A stretch of DNA of 64,000 nt from Octopus bimaculoides. Lineage: Eukaryota. Position 1 is the first letter of the stretch; each line of letters begins with the position of its first letter. Below the pieces are notes generated by a model that saw only the letters and a program-made list of their open reading frames with translations, was not told the DNA's origin and did not search any database. The position numbers and the translations under genes are program-made. Of this stretch, positions 28,590 through 40,809 are shown piece by piece. The stretch spans positions 87,917,945 to 87,981,944 of the forward strand of contig NC_068984.1 of assembly GCF_001194135.2 (NCBI RefSeq), read 5' to 3'.

Positions 28590-29090
28590 CAGTGGCTCTC
28601 ATGGCTTCTGATCTTAACTGATTGGAAATATTATTATGTACATTGATTTCTTTTGGTATAAAAGATGGGCTACAACAAATATTCTGCTGAATACTACAGA
28701 TTTGCTTGTCAGTTGTTTGACCTTACCACTGGAGCATGTCCCTCAGTGGCTGACGAGATGTGCATCTCTGATCATGAGCAGAAGTAGTGGGGGAGCATCA
28801 GAGCCATGTGTTGAGAGGAATTCTTTGGAGCTTGAATAATTCACCCCTGGAAACATGAGTGTTTCGTTCAATATCCTTAAAAAAACCTTATTCAGGGACC
28901 TTTTGAGGGGGATGGGCTACTCGACCTTAGGAAAATCCTAACTAGGCCCCCACCTGCAAGGTTATGAACTGTTTGTCTTAAAAGTAAAATCATGTCGTGC
29001 ACATATGGTTGTGATAGATGTGCCTGATGTAACCGTATCAGACGGGTAGTCATGATGGTTATATTGATCTTCGTATATTTGTACCGCAGT
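28590..29090. mobile_element. Unclassified, relatively GC-rich, repeat-like segment between the two Dong/R4 fragments
   Basis: Non-coding, higher-GC block bounded by microsatellites. No second copy in this window; I recognised it only by general resemblance to octopus interspersed repeats. Confidence 0.35.
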
Positions 29091-29122
29091 CTCACTTTGA
29101 TGGCATTCGCTGCTCTTTCACT

Positions 29123-29123
29123 C

Positions 29124-29189
<66 letters not shown>
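29123..29189. repeat. (AAT)n microsatellite at the 5' junction of the second Dong/R4 fragment
   Basis: Directly visible in the sequence. Confidence 0.97.
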
Positions 29190-29191
<2 letters not shown>

Positions 29192-29219
29192 AGTATGGTT
29201 ATAATGATGCACAGTATGG

Positions 29220-30705
29220 TTAAATGATGCACAGTATGGTTATAAAATATTTGATAAAAATATAAATCATCTCATTTACATGGATGATTTGAAGCTCTTT
29301 GCAAAAAATGACCAACAACTCAAAGGCCTACTACGATTGTTAAACAATTCAGTGATGACATCAGGATGCAATTTGGCCTTGATAAATGTGCAAAAGCTAC
29401 CTTTATCCAAGGAAAAATGACAAATACATCTAATGTGAACCTTGACCAGCAAAATGTCATAAAAGAGTTAGAACCAGCGGAGAGCTACAAATACCTAGGG
29501 GTAATTGAAGGGGACAATATCAAGCACTCAGTGATGAGGGAAAGGATCAGAAGAGAATGTTATCGCAGGGTGNNNNNNNNNNNNNNNNNNNNNNNNNNNN
29601 NNNNNNNNNNNNNNNNNNNNNNNNNNNNNNNNNNNNNNNNNNNNNNNNNNNNNNNNNNNNNNNNNNNNNNNNNNNNNNNNNNNNNNNNNNNNNNNNNNNN
29701 NNNNNNNNNNNNNNNNNNNNNNNNNNNNNNNNNNNNNNNNNNNNNNNNNNNNNNNNNNNNNNNNNNNNNNNNNNNNNNNNNNNNNNNNNNNNNNNNNNNN
29801 NNNNNNNNNNNNNNNNNNNNNNNNNNNNNNNNNNNNNNNNNNNNNNNNNNNNNNNNNNNNNNNNNNNNNNNNNNNNNNNNNNNNNNNNNNNNNNNNNNNN
29901 NNNNNNNNNNNNNNNNNNNNNNNNNNNNNNNNNNNNNNNNNNNNNNNNNNNNNNNNNNNNNNNNNNNNNNNNNNNNNNNNNNNNNNNNNNNNNNNNNNNN
30001 NNNNNNNNNNNNNNNNNNNNNNNNNNNNNNNNNNNNNNNNNNNNNNNNNNNNNNNNNNNNNNNNNNNNNNNNNNNNNNNNNNNNNNNNNNNNNNNNNNNN
30101 NNNNNNNNNNNNNNNNNNNNNNNNNNNNNNNNNNNNNNNNNNNNNNNNNNNNNNNNNNNNNNNNNNNNNNNNNNNNNNNNNNNNNNNNNNNNNNNNNNNN
30201 NNNNNNNNNNNNNNNNNNNNNNNNNNNNNNNNNNNNNNNNNNNNNNNNNNNNNNNNNNNNNNNNNNNNNNNNNNNNNNNNNNNNNNNNNNNNNNNNNNNN
30301 NNNNNNNNNNNNNNNNNNNNNNNNNNNNNNNNNNNNNNNNNNNNNNNNNNNNNNNNNNNNNNCGATCATGTTGTCTCCATGTGCAGTCTGCTTGCGCCTA
30401 CAGAGTATCTCAACAGGCATGATAGAGCTGCACAATATATTCACTGGGTAATATGCAAAAACCTGGACTTGCCCCATGATAAAAACTGGTGGGAACACAA
30501 ACCACCCCCAGTACTTGAAAATGATCACATTGCACTCCTCTGGAACTTCACCATTCAAACTGACAGAAAGATAGACGCAAATAGGCCAGACATCATACTG
30601 AAAGACTTCAGACAAAAATCATGCCTCCTCATTGATATGACTGTCCCAATCGATATAAACGTATCTGTCAAGACCTACCAAAAACTGAGCAAATATAATC
30701 TAATT
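29220..30705 (+). mobile_element. Internal fragment of a second Dong/R4-clade LINE (RT plus RLE), interrupted by an assembly gap
   Basis: INHLIYMDDLKLFA, MQFGLDKCA and YKYLGV before the gap. After it: DHVVSMC...RHD...WWEHKP...LWNFTIQTDRKIDANRPDII...LIDMTVP...KTYQKLSKY, an RLE domain with a PD-(D/E)xK-type arrangement. Confidence 0.88.
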
Positions 30706-32344
30706 TAGACACAAAGCTAACAATTTTAACGGTGGGGTTCAGTCGTGACCATCGATCATAGTACTTCACTGGGACACGCACGCGTGCGCATCGGTGTTAA
30801 AAGCAAATAGAAATAGTGACAATTTAAAGACAGACATCTAATTTTTAATGATCAGAAAATGTGAAGTCATTTTTGTACACCATTTTCAAATGAGGAGGTT
30901 TATGGTAGGTTTACTAATTTTCGAAGAACAATTAATTTATGATTAAAGAATCATAAAATTAAATTATTTTACTTTAACATTTTTCGTTTCAGTTTTATAT
31001 TATGGATGCCGCAAAATGCTTCTTTTTCAAACCTTTTCAATTTTGATTGATAATGTATAATGAAGTGTTTCAGCATCTTCGAAATTTAGCTTCAGTTCTT
31101 TCTGCATTTGCAATGAGTTTCTCATGAATGATGTCGAATATTGTCAAGTGATACGTATAAAGTTTAGTGTTAAAATCGAAGATCTGTCAGTCAAAATAAC
31201 TTTTATTATAATTTGGATATTGATTTTCTTTAATTTATTTTGTTATAAAATATGCGGAAATTTAGGGTGGTCTAATTTCGAGAAAACTTTTGCTAAATGT
31301 TCCTTAATTTAATGTAGTTCTTCGTTTTTAATTTAGACTTGTTCACTATATATTTTGAAGTCATAGCAAAAATGTTAGCTCTATGTTCGAATCCTGTTTT
31401 CCTATACAGCAGAATTGCCTATTTAAAACTTTATTATTTGAAACATTATTACGTCTTTCACATGACAACAGACTGAGTAATCTACTATTTAAATACGATA
31501 ACTGGATTTTTATTTTTAACACTATCGAGGTTCCACTGGTTTTCGTTTTCAATGAAACAAATAACATTTTTGGTACTATGTTATTAATTACCGCAAAGCA
31601 TTTTCCTATTGCCTGGAGAGAGAAAAAAAGTAAAAACAAAGCCTTAGCGGCTATTATTAACAGTTTCAAAAGGAAGATAAATTCAAAATATCAATAATTA
31701 ATCTCTCACACATAATTTACAGTTTTAGAAAGAAACGACTGATTTTTGTTTGCACGCATGGGGCAACTACGAACATGTTTCTGTCTATTAAGCCTCATCA
31801 ACAGAGTCTTTTCAGACCTACTGATTTGTTGACATTCATATCTATATATAAAAACAAATAAGTAATGAATGATTTTTTTTGCTCGAAAAATTTGCTTAAT
31901 CAAGAAAACATTAATAAAATGACTGAAGGAAGCTTATTCAAATCAATTACAAGAAAAAATATCTAGTGACGATTGTTAACGACTCTCGAAGAAAAGAGAA
32001 ATAAAGAATTGTTCTTGGAAAGCTAGTTTACACGCTTCATGGTGCGTGTGGAAGAAGTCTAACTTTTGTTTGTAAACTAAAAGTGTAAATAAACCAAGGT
32101 AGTATATAAANNNNNNNNNNNNNNNNNNNNNNNNNNNNNNNNNNNNNNNNNNNNNNNNNNNNNNNNNNNNNNNNNNNNNNNNNNNNNNNNNNNNNNNNNN
32201 NNNNNNNNNNNNNNNNNNNNNNNNNNNNNNNNNNNNNNNNNNNNNNNNNNNNNNNNNNNNNNNNNNNNNNNNNNNNNNNNNNNNNNNNNNNNNNNNNNNN
32301 NNNNNNNNNNNNNNNNNNNNNNNNNNNNNNNNNNNNNNNNNNNN

Positions 32345-32698
32345 CAGTCCCACTGCGTGGCACCTTGGGCAAGTGTCTTCTACTATAGCCTCGGGCCGAC
32401 CAAAGCCTTGTGAGTGGATTTGGTAGACAGAAACTGAAAGAAGCCCGTCGTATATATGTATATATATATATATGTATGTGTTTGTGTGTCTGTGTTTGTC
32501 CCCCCAACATCGCTTGACAACCGATGCTGGTGTGTTTACGTCCCCGTAACTTAGCGCTTCGGCAAAAGAGCCCGATAGAATAAGTACTAGGCTTCCAAAG
32601 AATAAGTCCTGGGGACGATTTGCTCGACTAAAGGCGGTGCTCCAGCATGGCCGCAGTCAAATGACTGAAACAAGTAAAAGAGTAAAAGGGTAAAGAGT
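32345..32698 (+). mobile_element. SINE family A, young copy (head lost in the gap)
   Basis: cagtcccactgcgtggcaccttgggcaagtgtcttctactatagcc ... ggcggtgctccagcatggccgcagtcaaatgactgaaacaagtaaaagag tail. Confidence 0.85.
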
Positions 32699-34041
32699 AT
32701 AATTATTCCCAATATCACAAGTATACAACTATTAGAATTAGGATTTTAATCAAGCATATTATTTTGATATACAAAGGTTAACAGTAACAACGTTTCAAAT
32801 AATATTGCGAAAACTACGCTAAACAATAGACAACTACGAGAAGAATCGTGTTTGTATACTTTTATAAACAACTTCTTTTCTCTCCAATAATAACAGAAAA
32901 GTTTCTAAATGTATCATAAATCACTTGAAAGCTTTGGTGAATGTTTCAAACAAAATTAGACCTCCGTAAATTGAATATTCACGAGATTTAAATCAGTAAT
33001 TTGCAGATAATTTTGCAAGTTCATCTGAACTACCTCAGACTGATAAAACATTTTAAAGAGGCCTTGTTAAAATTCGACCAACTTATTGCTAAATGCGATT
33101 GATTTTTCCAATAACCACTGGTAATTAATTATAACCCTGTTATTTGAATGGAAGTAAAAAGGCATAAACCTGTAACATGGAAGATTTTCAATTAACATTT
33201 AGGTGATGTAATTATGTCTAAATGTAATTATGTGTAATAAGTACACTGTACTTCTTCGCCGCCTTGACAAAAGTTAACCAGTGAATAAATTCTCATGGAA
33301 GCTAATAAAATTGCATGTAAGCTAAAATCATTGGGTGAAAACTATCACAAAAAAAAAAAAAAAGGAAAATAACAGCAAATCTACTTCGTCATGCCTTAGA
33401 ACATACTTCGAAAGGAAGACCTTTACAACTGGAAGGATGTAAATCTATTATACATTAGATTAAAAGTGAATACATCACAGCAAAATTGTTCATATTATCG
33501 AGTAACGAAATTTTCACTACATTAGGGAATGATGCATTTTGAAAAGGTATCTGAAAGAACGCAGCACTTGAACGCTGTGACAAGACGGAATACTTTCTTT
33601 TTTTTAATGGTTTCAGCTAGGAGAAAAAGGATTGTGCCTGTGGCTTTCACAAGGTCTTCTAGTCAGTATAAATTCTTGCGAGTGATATTCAGCTCGAACT
33701 GCTATGAGCGGATGTCAATGGTGAAAATGAGGTCGGAAAAATAATTCCAGTGGATTGAACTCTTGGAAAGAAGGCCCGAGGGCAGTGGTACATCTGGGAG
33801 AGAGAGAGACAAAGAAAGAGTAACGGGACAAAGAGAAAGTGGTGCGCCGAGTAAGGCTGGGTTTAGATAGCATACAACTAGTCCTCAGGAGGCAAAGACT
33901 GTTTTAGCTGGAGTAGAAGAGAAAAGAGAAAAGAAACAACGCTGCAGTGGCCAGAAGTTGGGGTTTGAGAGTAAGTTCTCATGGGAAACAATATAAAAAT
34001 GTGAATGTCACAAAGTCAAATCTTGTTGTAGCATTTATAGT

Positions 34042-34103
<62 letters not shown>

Positions 34104-34919
34104 NNNNNNNNNNNNNNNNNNNNNNNNNNNNNNNNNNNNNNNNNNNNNNNNNNNNNNNNNNNNNNNNNNNNNNNNNNNNNNNNNNNNNNNNNNNNNNNNN
34201 NNNNNNNNNNNNNNNNNNNNNNNNNNNNNNNNNNNNNNNNNNNNNNNNNGAGGAGGAGGAGGAGGAGGAAGGGGCACCTGATGAGAAGGTTTAGCTCCAA
34301 ACCAGCTTTGATATAGCCTCAAAGCATACGAATCTGACAGAGCCATCCCATTTTATTTTATAAAGAATATATTGACAACATTACCCAATGTATCCACCCC
34401 GTTTTTAAAGACAATCTTTGATTTGAAAGAAGACTGGCTACTGCTTCTAGTAGGTCGAGCGACCCAATAGATGTTCTATTTGTTTTGTTTCTTTAGATTG
34501 GACGAACCTAATGTCCAAAAGATAAAATATTTCAATTATAAAACAGATATTGATATGGAAACCGCTGAACAATGCCATTGATATTAACCAACGAAAAATA
34601 TGACAATAGTCATTTCTTGCTCAGATTAGAATTCTGACTCTGACTACCCGGTGAAAAGTAAAAGCGCAAACATCCACACAATGGAAAAGATTAGATTAAA
34701 ATATAAATTAGAATGGAGAAGCGAGATACCTCATTCTTGTGAAAGATATTTCCCTTCAGCAAGGGATAGCACACTTTTATCCTTTTATATATAGTTAGAG
34801 GGAAAGAGAAAAAAAGCTGGTACCTGGAATATTGTATGATGCATTATTCCAGTAACAAATGCAATACATCAATGATCAGTTATGGGATATGATGATGATT
34901 TATATTGATTATTTTTAAG

Positions 34920-35070
34920 TATAAATAGAACCTCCTATTACCAATAGATAACACACAAAATATGAGGGAACATGCATCACTTTTAGCAGCTTGAAATTTC
35001 CAATTTTTCTGAGATTCTCCTATAGATATATAAACATGAACATTTAAATATTTGCACCAATAGCCCATTG
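34920..35070 (+). repeat. Donor copy of a 151-bp local duplication (second copy at 36275-36425)
   Basis: Direct comparison shows the copies are near identical, with only a few substitutions. Confidence 0.95.
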
Positions 35071-35571
35071 TGTGAAGATTCCCCTTTTATAAACGAAGTC
35101 ACGACTATTCTCTCTCCATTTTCAAGAATATTTCATTTGTTATGCTTGCCTTTGATACAATAGTTTAGAGTTTATCCATCAATTCGTCGTTATTTTCAAA
35201 CATGTCAACACATTCCGTACAACAATTTTTCATTAACAGTTTGTTATTCTATCTTGCTGACAACAATATATTGTTCTTATAAGAACATGTTCACTGAATT
35301 GACCTGCAAAAAAAAACATTCATAAAATGTTTTCTTTCTGCTCATTTTCTTATGATCTATGGAGCATTTTTCTTTTAGATTTCTTTTGAGACAGAATTAT
35401 CCGAAGAAGCTTTGATTTCAGGATTTCTTTTACTTTTTTTTCTCTCTAAAATAAGGTAGTTTAAGGAATTTGTTTGGATTGTATGAAATATAACGTGGGT
35501 ATCCTTAAATGAGTAAACCTTTCAAGATGTAAACTCTTTTTCTAAATATTAAGAATGAACGGAAGCAACGA

Positions 35572-35783
35572 GCTGGCAGGTTTGTTAGTACGCTGGGCAA
35601 AATACTTTGCGGCATTTCGTTTGTCTTCACGTTCTAAGTTCAAATTCCACTGAGATTGACTTTACCTTTCATCCTTTCAGGGTTGATAAAGTAAGTACCA
35701 ACTGAATACTAAGGACGAACTTAATCAACTTGCACTCTCCCACGAAATCGCAAACCCTGTGCCAAAATCTGACATCAATATTA
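35572..35783 (+). mobile_element. SINE family B
   Basis: gcaacgagctggcag...gttcaaattcc...gactttacctttcatcctttcagggttgataaagtaagtacca. Confidence 0.8.
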
Positions 35784-36153
35784 AAAATGAACGAGACAAT
35801 TACGTCTCCCTAGTTAGGTTTCATCTGCTAAAATTTATAAACTCCTTATAATTCATTCGATTTTGCAGTTAGGTTGTTCACTCTCACAGTTTATCTAAAG
35901 ATAGTTATTTTAGCAGTTTTTGTTATAGATACAATTAATTCTCTCAAATCAAGTATGGAAATTTCCCAACCTATATCACGTGGGGTTTATCGGAACCCCT
36001 CCGTGATCGTACAGTTAGAAATAACAGTTAAATCACCTCCAGATATATCCTAATATAGGGGTTCTTAAACGTTGTGACGTCGCGGCATACATTGGTAAAT
36101 CGTAAGGGATATCAGGTATACTGCTAAATAAAATAAAATAATTTGATAATCCA

Positions 36154-36696
36154 TTCTTTTATTTGTTTCGGTCATGTTGGCCATGCTGGAGCATTATCTT
36201 AAAGGGTTTTAGTTGAACAAATCGACCACAGGACTTTTTTTTGTAAGCCTAGTACTTATTCTAAAGATAGTACTTATAAATAGAACCTCCTATTACCAAT
36301 AGATAACACAGAAAATATGAGAGAACATGCATCACTTTTAGCAGCTTGAAATTTCCAATTTTTCTGAGATTCTCCTATAGATATATAAATATGAACATTT
36401 AAATATTTGCACCAATAGCCCATTGGGGACGTAAACACACCAACATCGGTTGTCAGGTGATGGTGGGAAGACAAACACAGGCGCAAAGACACACACATAA
36501 CTCCACATACACACACGCGGGCGCGTGTGTGTAAACAACGGGCTTCTTTCAGTTTCCGTCTATCAAATCCACTCACAAAACTTTGGTCGGCTCGAGGCTA
36601 TAGTAGAAGACACCTGCCCAGGGTACACGTAATGAGACCGAACCCGGAACCATGTAGTTGGGAAGCAAGCTTCTTACCACACAGCCACGCCTGCGC
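36154..36696 (-). mobile_element. SINE family A carrying a 151-bp foreign insertion (36275-36425)
   Basis: Reverse-complement match to the 32345 copy on both sides of the insertion. The head ends ...ttcttaccacacagccacgcctgcgcc. Confidence 0.85.
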
Positions 36697-37509
36697 CATA
36701 TTTATGCCTTATTCATAACTTTCTGTACACAAGTAAGGTGGATAAAACAAAATAAACAATAGTTTTCTGTCTATTTTTTAAATGTTACACTTTAGTACAC
36801 ATTGTTATATTAATGTTCTTTATGTTTTATCTATTCATGCTGAATTTTCAATATGAAGAGTACCAAAGGACGCATTAAGTAATTTAATCTTAGAAACCCT
36901 ATGGCAAAAAGACAGAACAGCCACGGTTAGAATACCTTAGGCCATAGACCAACTCGATCATGGGAACACTGGACCAACATCACCACGTTAGTCTTTTATA
37001 TAGTGGATAATCCTTAGCCTATAAGTTCACCTGTATTGCCAGATGTCATTTAAAGATACGATATGTCACAATATACCTCAACAACTGTTGCATAATTCAG
37101 ATTTCTCACAACCAGGAAAAATTTACTTATCTATTTATTTACTTATTTACTTATGTATGTATTTCCTACATTATAATCTGTTCTGTAAGATTACAAAATA
37201 TATGATAACACGGTTCATATGACTGAAAAAATAAGTTATCTTAGAGAAAACAGAAATATGTGATAGAGTAACTCAATACAACAGTGTCACTATTATTTTC
37301 AGAACGTATATTAGCTTTTCAGTTTACTAGAATATCTTATTTTAATTAAGACTCCCACAGTTTAATTTATGCAGACGTCATTATTATAAGATTTGAGGAA
37401 CATTCAATGAAAATTATTTGCAATTTTAGAATTTCTATTCAAGCATTTTACGTTCAAAATCTGTTTAATATGCATTTGCAAGACTAAATAAAAATGCTTT
37501 TCATTTCAG

Positions 37510-37632
37510 GTCTAATGCAAATACAGCAACACATATTAAGACAGCCAGTAAAGAATTTAAAGCAAGGGGAAGCAACTTGTGGTATAACACCTGGTCAGGA
37601 GCAGGCTATAACTACTCTTTCGCGATTTGAAG
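37510..37632 (+). CDS. Probable internal coding exon (phase 1-1, 123 nt), ectodomain stalk
   Basis: Acceptor tttcatttcag|GT and donor GAAG|gtaatt. Open frame GLMQIQQHILRQPVKNLKQGEATCGITPGQEQAITTLSRFE. Phase fits both neighbouring exons. Confidence 0.6.
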
Positions 37633-37693
37633 GTAATTCGAATTGTAATAGCAGTTATCTGAGCAAGAGAGAGAGAGGGGAGAGAGAGAGAGA

Positions 37694-37737
<44 letters not shown>

Positions 37738-38284
37738 GAGGGGGGAGAGATAGGAAAAAAGACAAAAATGTGTATGTGTGTGTTTATGTGTGCGTGTGTG
37801 TGTGTGCGTGTGTGTGTGACAGTATTAGATAATAAAAAAAAACGGAGTGAGAAAGAATANNNNNNNNNNNNNNNNNNNNNNNNNNNNNNNNNNNNNNNNN
37901 NNNNNNNNNNNNNNNNNNNNNNNNNNNNNNNNNNNNNNNNNNNNNNNNNNNNNNNNNNNNNNNNNNNNNNNNNNNNNNNNNNNNNNNNNNNNNNNNNNNN
38001 NNNNNNNNNNNNNNNNNNNNNNNNNNNNNNNNNNNNNNNNNNNNNNNNNNNNNNNNNNNNNNNNNNNNNNNNNNNNNNNNNNNNNNNNNNNNNNNNNNNN
38101 NNNNNNNNNNNNNNNNNNNNNNAAAAATATATAATCATACAGTTCTTCTAACGTTATTTGGAGGAATATGGAAAACATGTCTTGCAAATATTCATTGATT
38201 TATACATACATATATAATACATACATACATACACAGATATGTATGAATGCCTGTATATGTGTGCGTACGTGTGTGTGTGTGTGT

Positions 38285-38327
<43 letters not shown>

Positions 38328-38805
38328 GAATATGTGAAATGCGTATATGTGAAATGCGTAACATGTGAAATGCGTATATATAAAGAAATTCTTCCACGTT
38401 TGTTTTTGTTATTTTAATCGCAACGGCCTATACCCTCCAGTTCCTTTTATAGTGCATGCAGACGCCTAATATCGTCTGCCTCAACTATACCAAATGTTGT
38501 CTGTTTTTTCCTCCCCTAACAATTGGACGTCTATGTCAGTACCCTCTAGTACGTCTTTGATGTTTTAACCAACTTTGCAAATTGTAATCTGGCATTCTAA
38601 CTGACTGAAAAATTAACATTGTAAAAAATAAAAGCAGCAGTCTTTGTGGCATTAATTTTAACAAAAAATTAGTATATTCAATCAATATTTTCTGTCTAAA
38701 TCTGAAATAAATGCCATAAGCATTTTTCATTGCAGGGAATGCAATAAATAAATTATTTTGATTGATGTTCATTTGGTACAATTTTTCCATTAATATAGCC
38801 AACAT

Positions 38806-38942
38806 GAAGGCGGCGAAGTAGTAGACACCGGATAAAATGCTTTACAGTATTTCTTCCGGCTCTTTGCGCCCTGAGTTCATCTTCTGTTCATGTTATCTTT
38901 GACTTTCATCCTTTCAGGAAGGGTAAAGTACGTTCCAGTGCT
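38806..38942 (+). mobile_element. SINE family B, diverged partial copy
   Basis: aaggcggcgaag...aaaatgcttt...ctgagttca...actttcatcctttcagg. Confidence 0.6.
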
Positions 38943-40141
38943 TTCACTCTTTCTTTCTTCCTGGATTAAACCAGTAATTCAAGCATCAGCATGTCAGTTA
39001 GTGTTCCGCCCATTTCGTTAAGGGTACACATGTCTGTAGAATACTTAATTCCTTACACGTTAATTTTATCGTAGTAATTCTGTAATTCAGGCAACAATAC
39101 TCATTATCGAGATCAAATGAGAATCTACTAGGATGTATGACTAATATCAAGAAAGCCATGGAAATTTAATGTTGCTGTTTCGGATTGTTTGAAACAGCAG
39201 ATAAAGCTCTCATTCTCATCACATTCAGCTGTTTTTGTTTTTTTTTTTAATGGCACAGGCATTGAACTCATAAATATATAGAACACGAGATGCTAATGGC
39301 TTTTGGTCATATGTCTATATATCTGCTCGATCAGTAAAATGAGGAATCGAGCAAAATCCCATTAAGCAGTGTTAAGCCTCCTTTCAAATATTTACTATCA
39401 TCATTTAACACCCTTTTCAGTGGTGGACGGACAAAATGCTATACAAACGTCTGTAGGCCACACATTGCGCCAAGGTAAGGAATTGTTTTACATTTTTCTT
39501 CCCTCATCAAACTCTCTTTCTCACTCTCTTTTCTCCCTCTCTTTCCCCTCTCTCCCTCTCTCTCCCTCTGTCTGTCTATCTGACTGAAAAATATTTTTCG
39601 ATTCCTGCAAAATGTCGAAATACAAAAGTATTTACCGACTCCTGGCAGACTCTAAATCCACACCTTCTCAAGTTGGCCGCAAATATGGCCCGGCAATCTC
39701 AAGCTATACGAATGGCCACAATTAGTATACTATTTCAAAACACGCCATCAAAGTGGCGATGACACCCTGCCAACATCCTACCCGAAAAAGTGAGACTAAA
39801 AATACAGAACATAACTGATATCGATTTGATATCATTAATACAACGTGATTTGTGGTGACCAACAGAGATATAAGAACCTATATATNNNNNNNNNNNNNNN
39901 NNNNNNNNNNNNNNNNNNNNNNNNNNNNNNNNNNNNNNNNNNNNNNNNNNNNNNNNNNNNNNNNNNNNNNNNNNNNNNNNNNNNNNNNNNNNNNNNNNNN
40001 NNNNNNNNNNNNNNNNNAAATATATATAACTCATTAAAATAACAGTTCCGCAATGTATCTTCTCATTTCGTGTAACGAAAAGCAGCAAAACAAAGGATAT
40101 ATCTTCATTTATATAGAAGATCAAAAACAAAATAACAGATG

Positions 40142-40232
<91 letters not shown>

Positions 40233-40749
40233 ACTGAAGTATAAGGTAAGTCTTAAGTAGGGGTTTCTAATAGTGCAACTATTCATGCGTAAAGAAAACA
40301 ACATTGGTATCGTAAAAATATGACATACATGTATGTTTTAATTGCACTTCCGATTAGTTTTCAAAATTTCGGGGGGACAACTTAAGATTCGGGAGCTTTT
40401 TCGATGTTTTATGAAAGGTAGACGGGTGGAAATAAACTCTTAGCCCCGGTTTCAGGACATATTTATTAACAAATAATCATCTTATAAAGTTATGGTATGG
40501 TAATATCTCCAAATATTGAATGTTCATGTGTCTCATCATGGAAATAAAGTGAAACAGTTATGATAAAGGTCTGAACAAGACTCGATTTGCTGGGAGCTCA
40601 TTACCAATACCACGGCTCTCGCCATTAAGCAAATGGGTTATGATAAATAATTATACAATAACAGCTAAAATGAGATATTTTAATTATCAGTAATAAATGA
40701 AAATCTTATTATACACCTGATTCTGAAGTGTATGTTTTCTTTCTTCCAG

Positions 40750-40809
40750 ATAACGGTCATAAAAATTCAAATACTGCCGTAGATCCGAGAGGAACTAACA
40801 AAAAATTAA
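40750..40809 (+). CDS. Probable internal coding exon (phase 1-1, 60 nt), juxtamembrane stalk
   Basis: Acceptor gttttctttcttccag|AT and donor TTAA|gtaagt. Frame DNGHKNSNTAVDPRGTNKKL. Confidence 0.7.
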
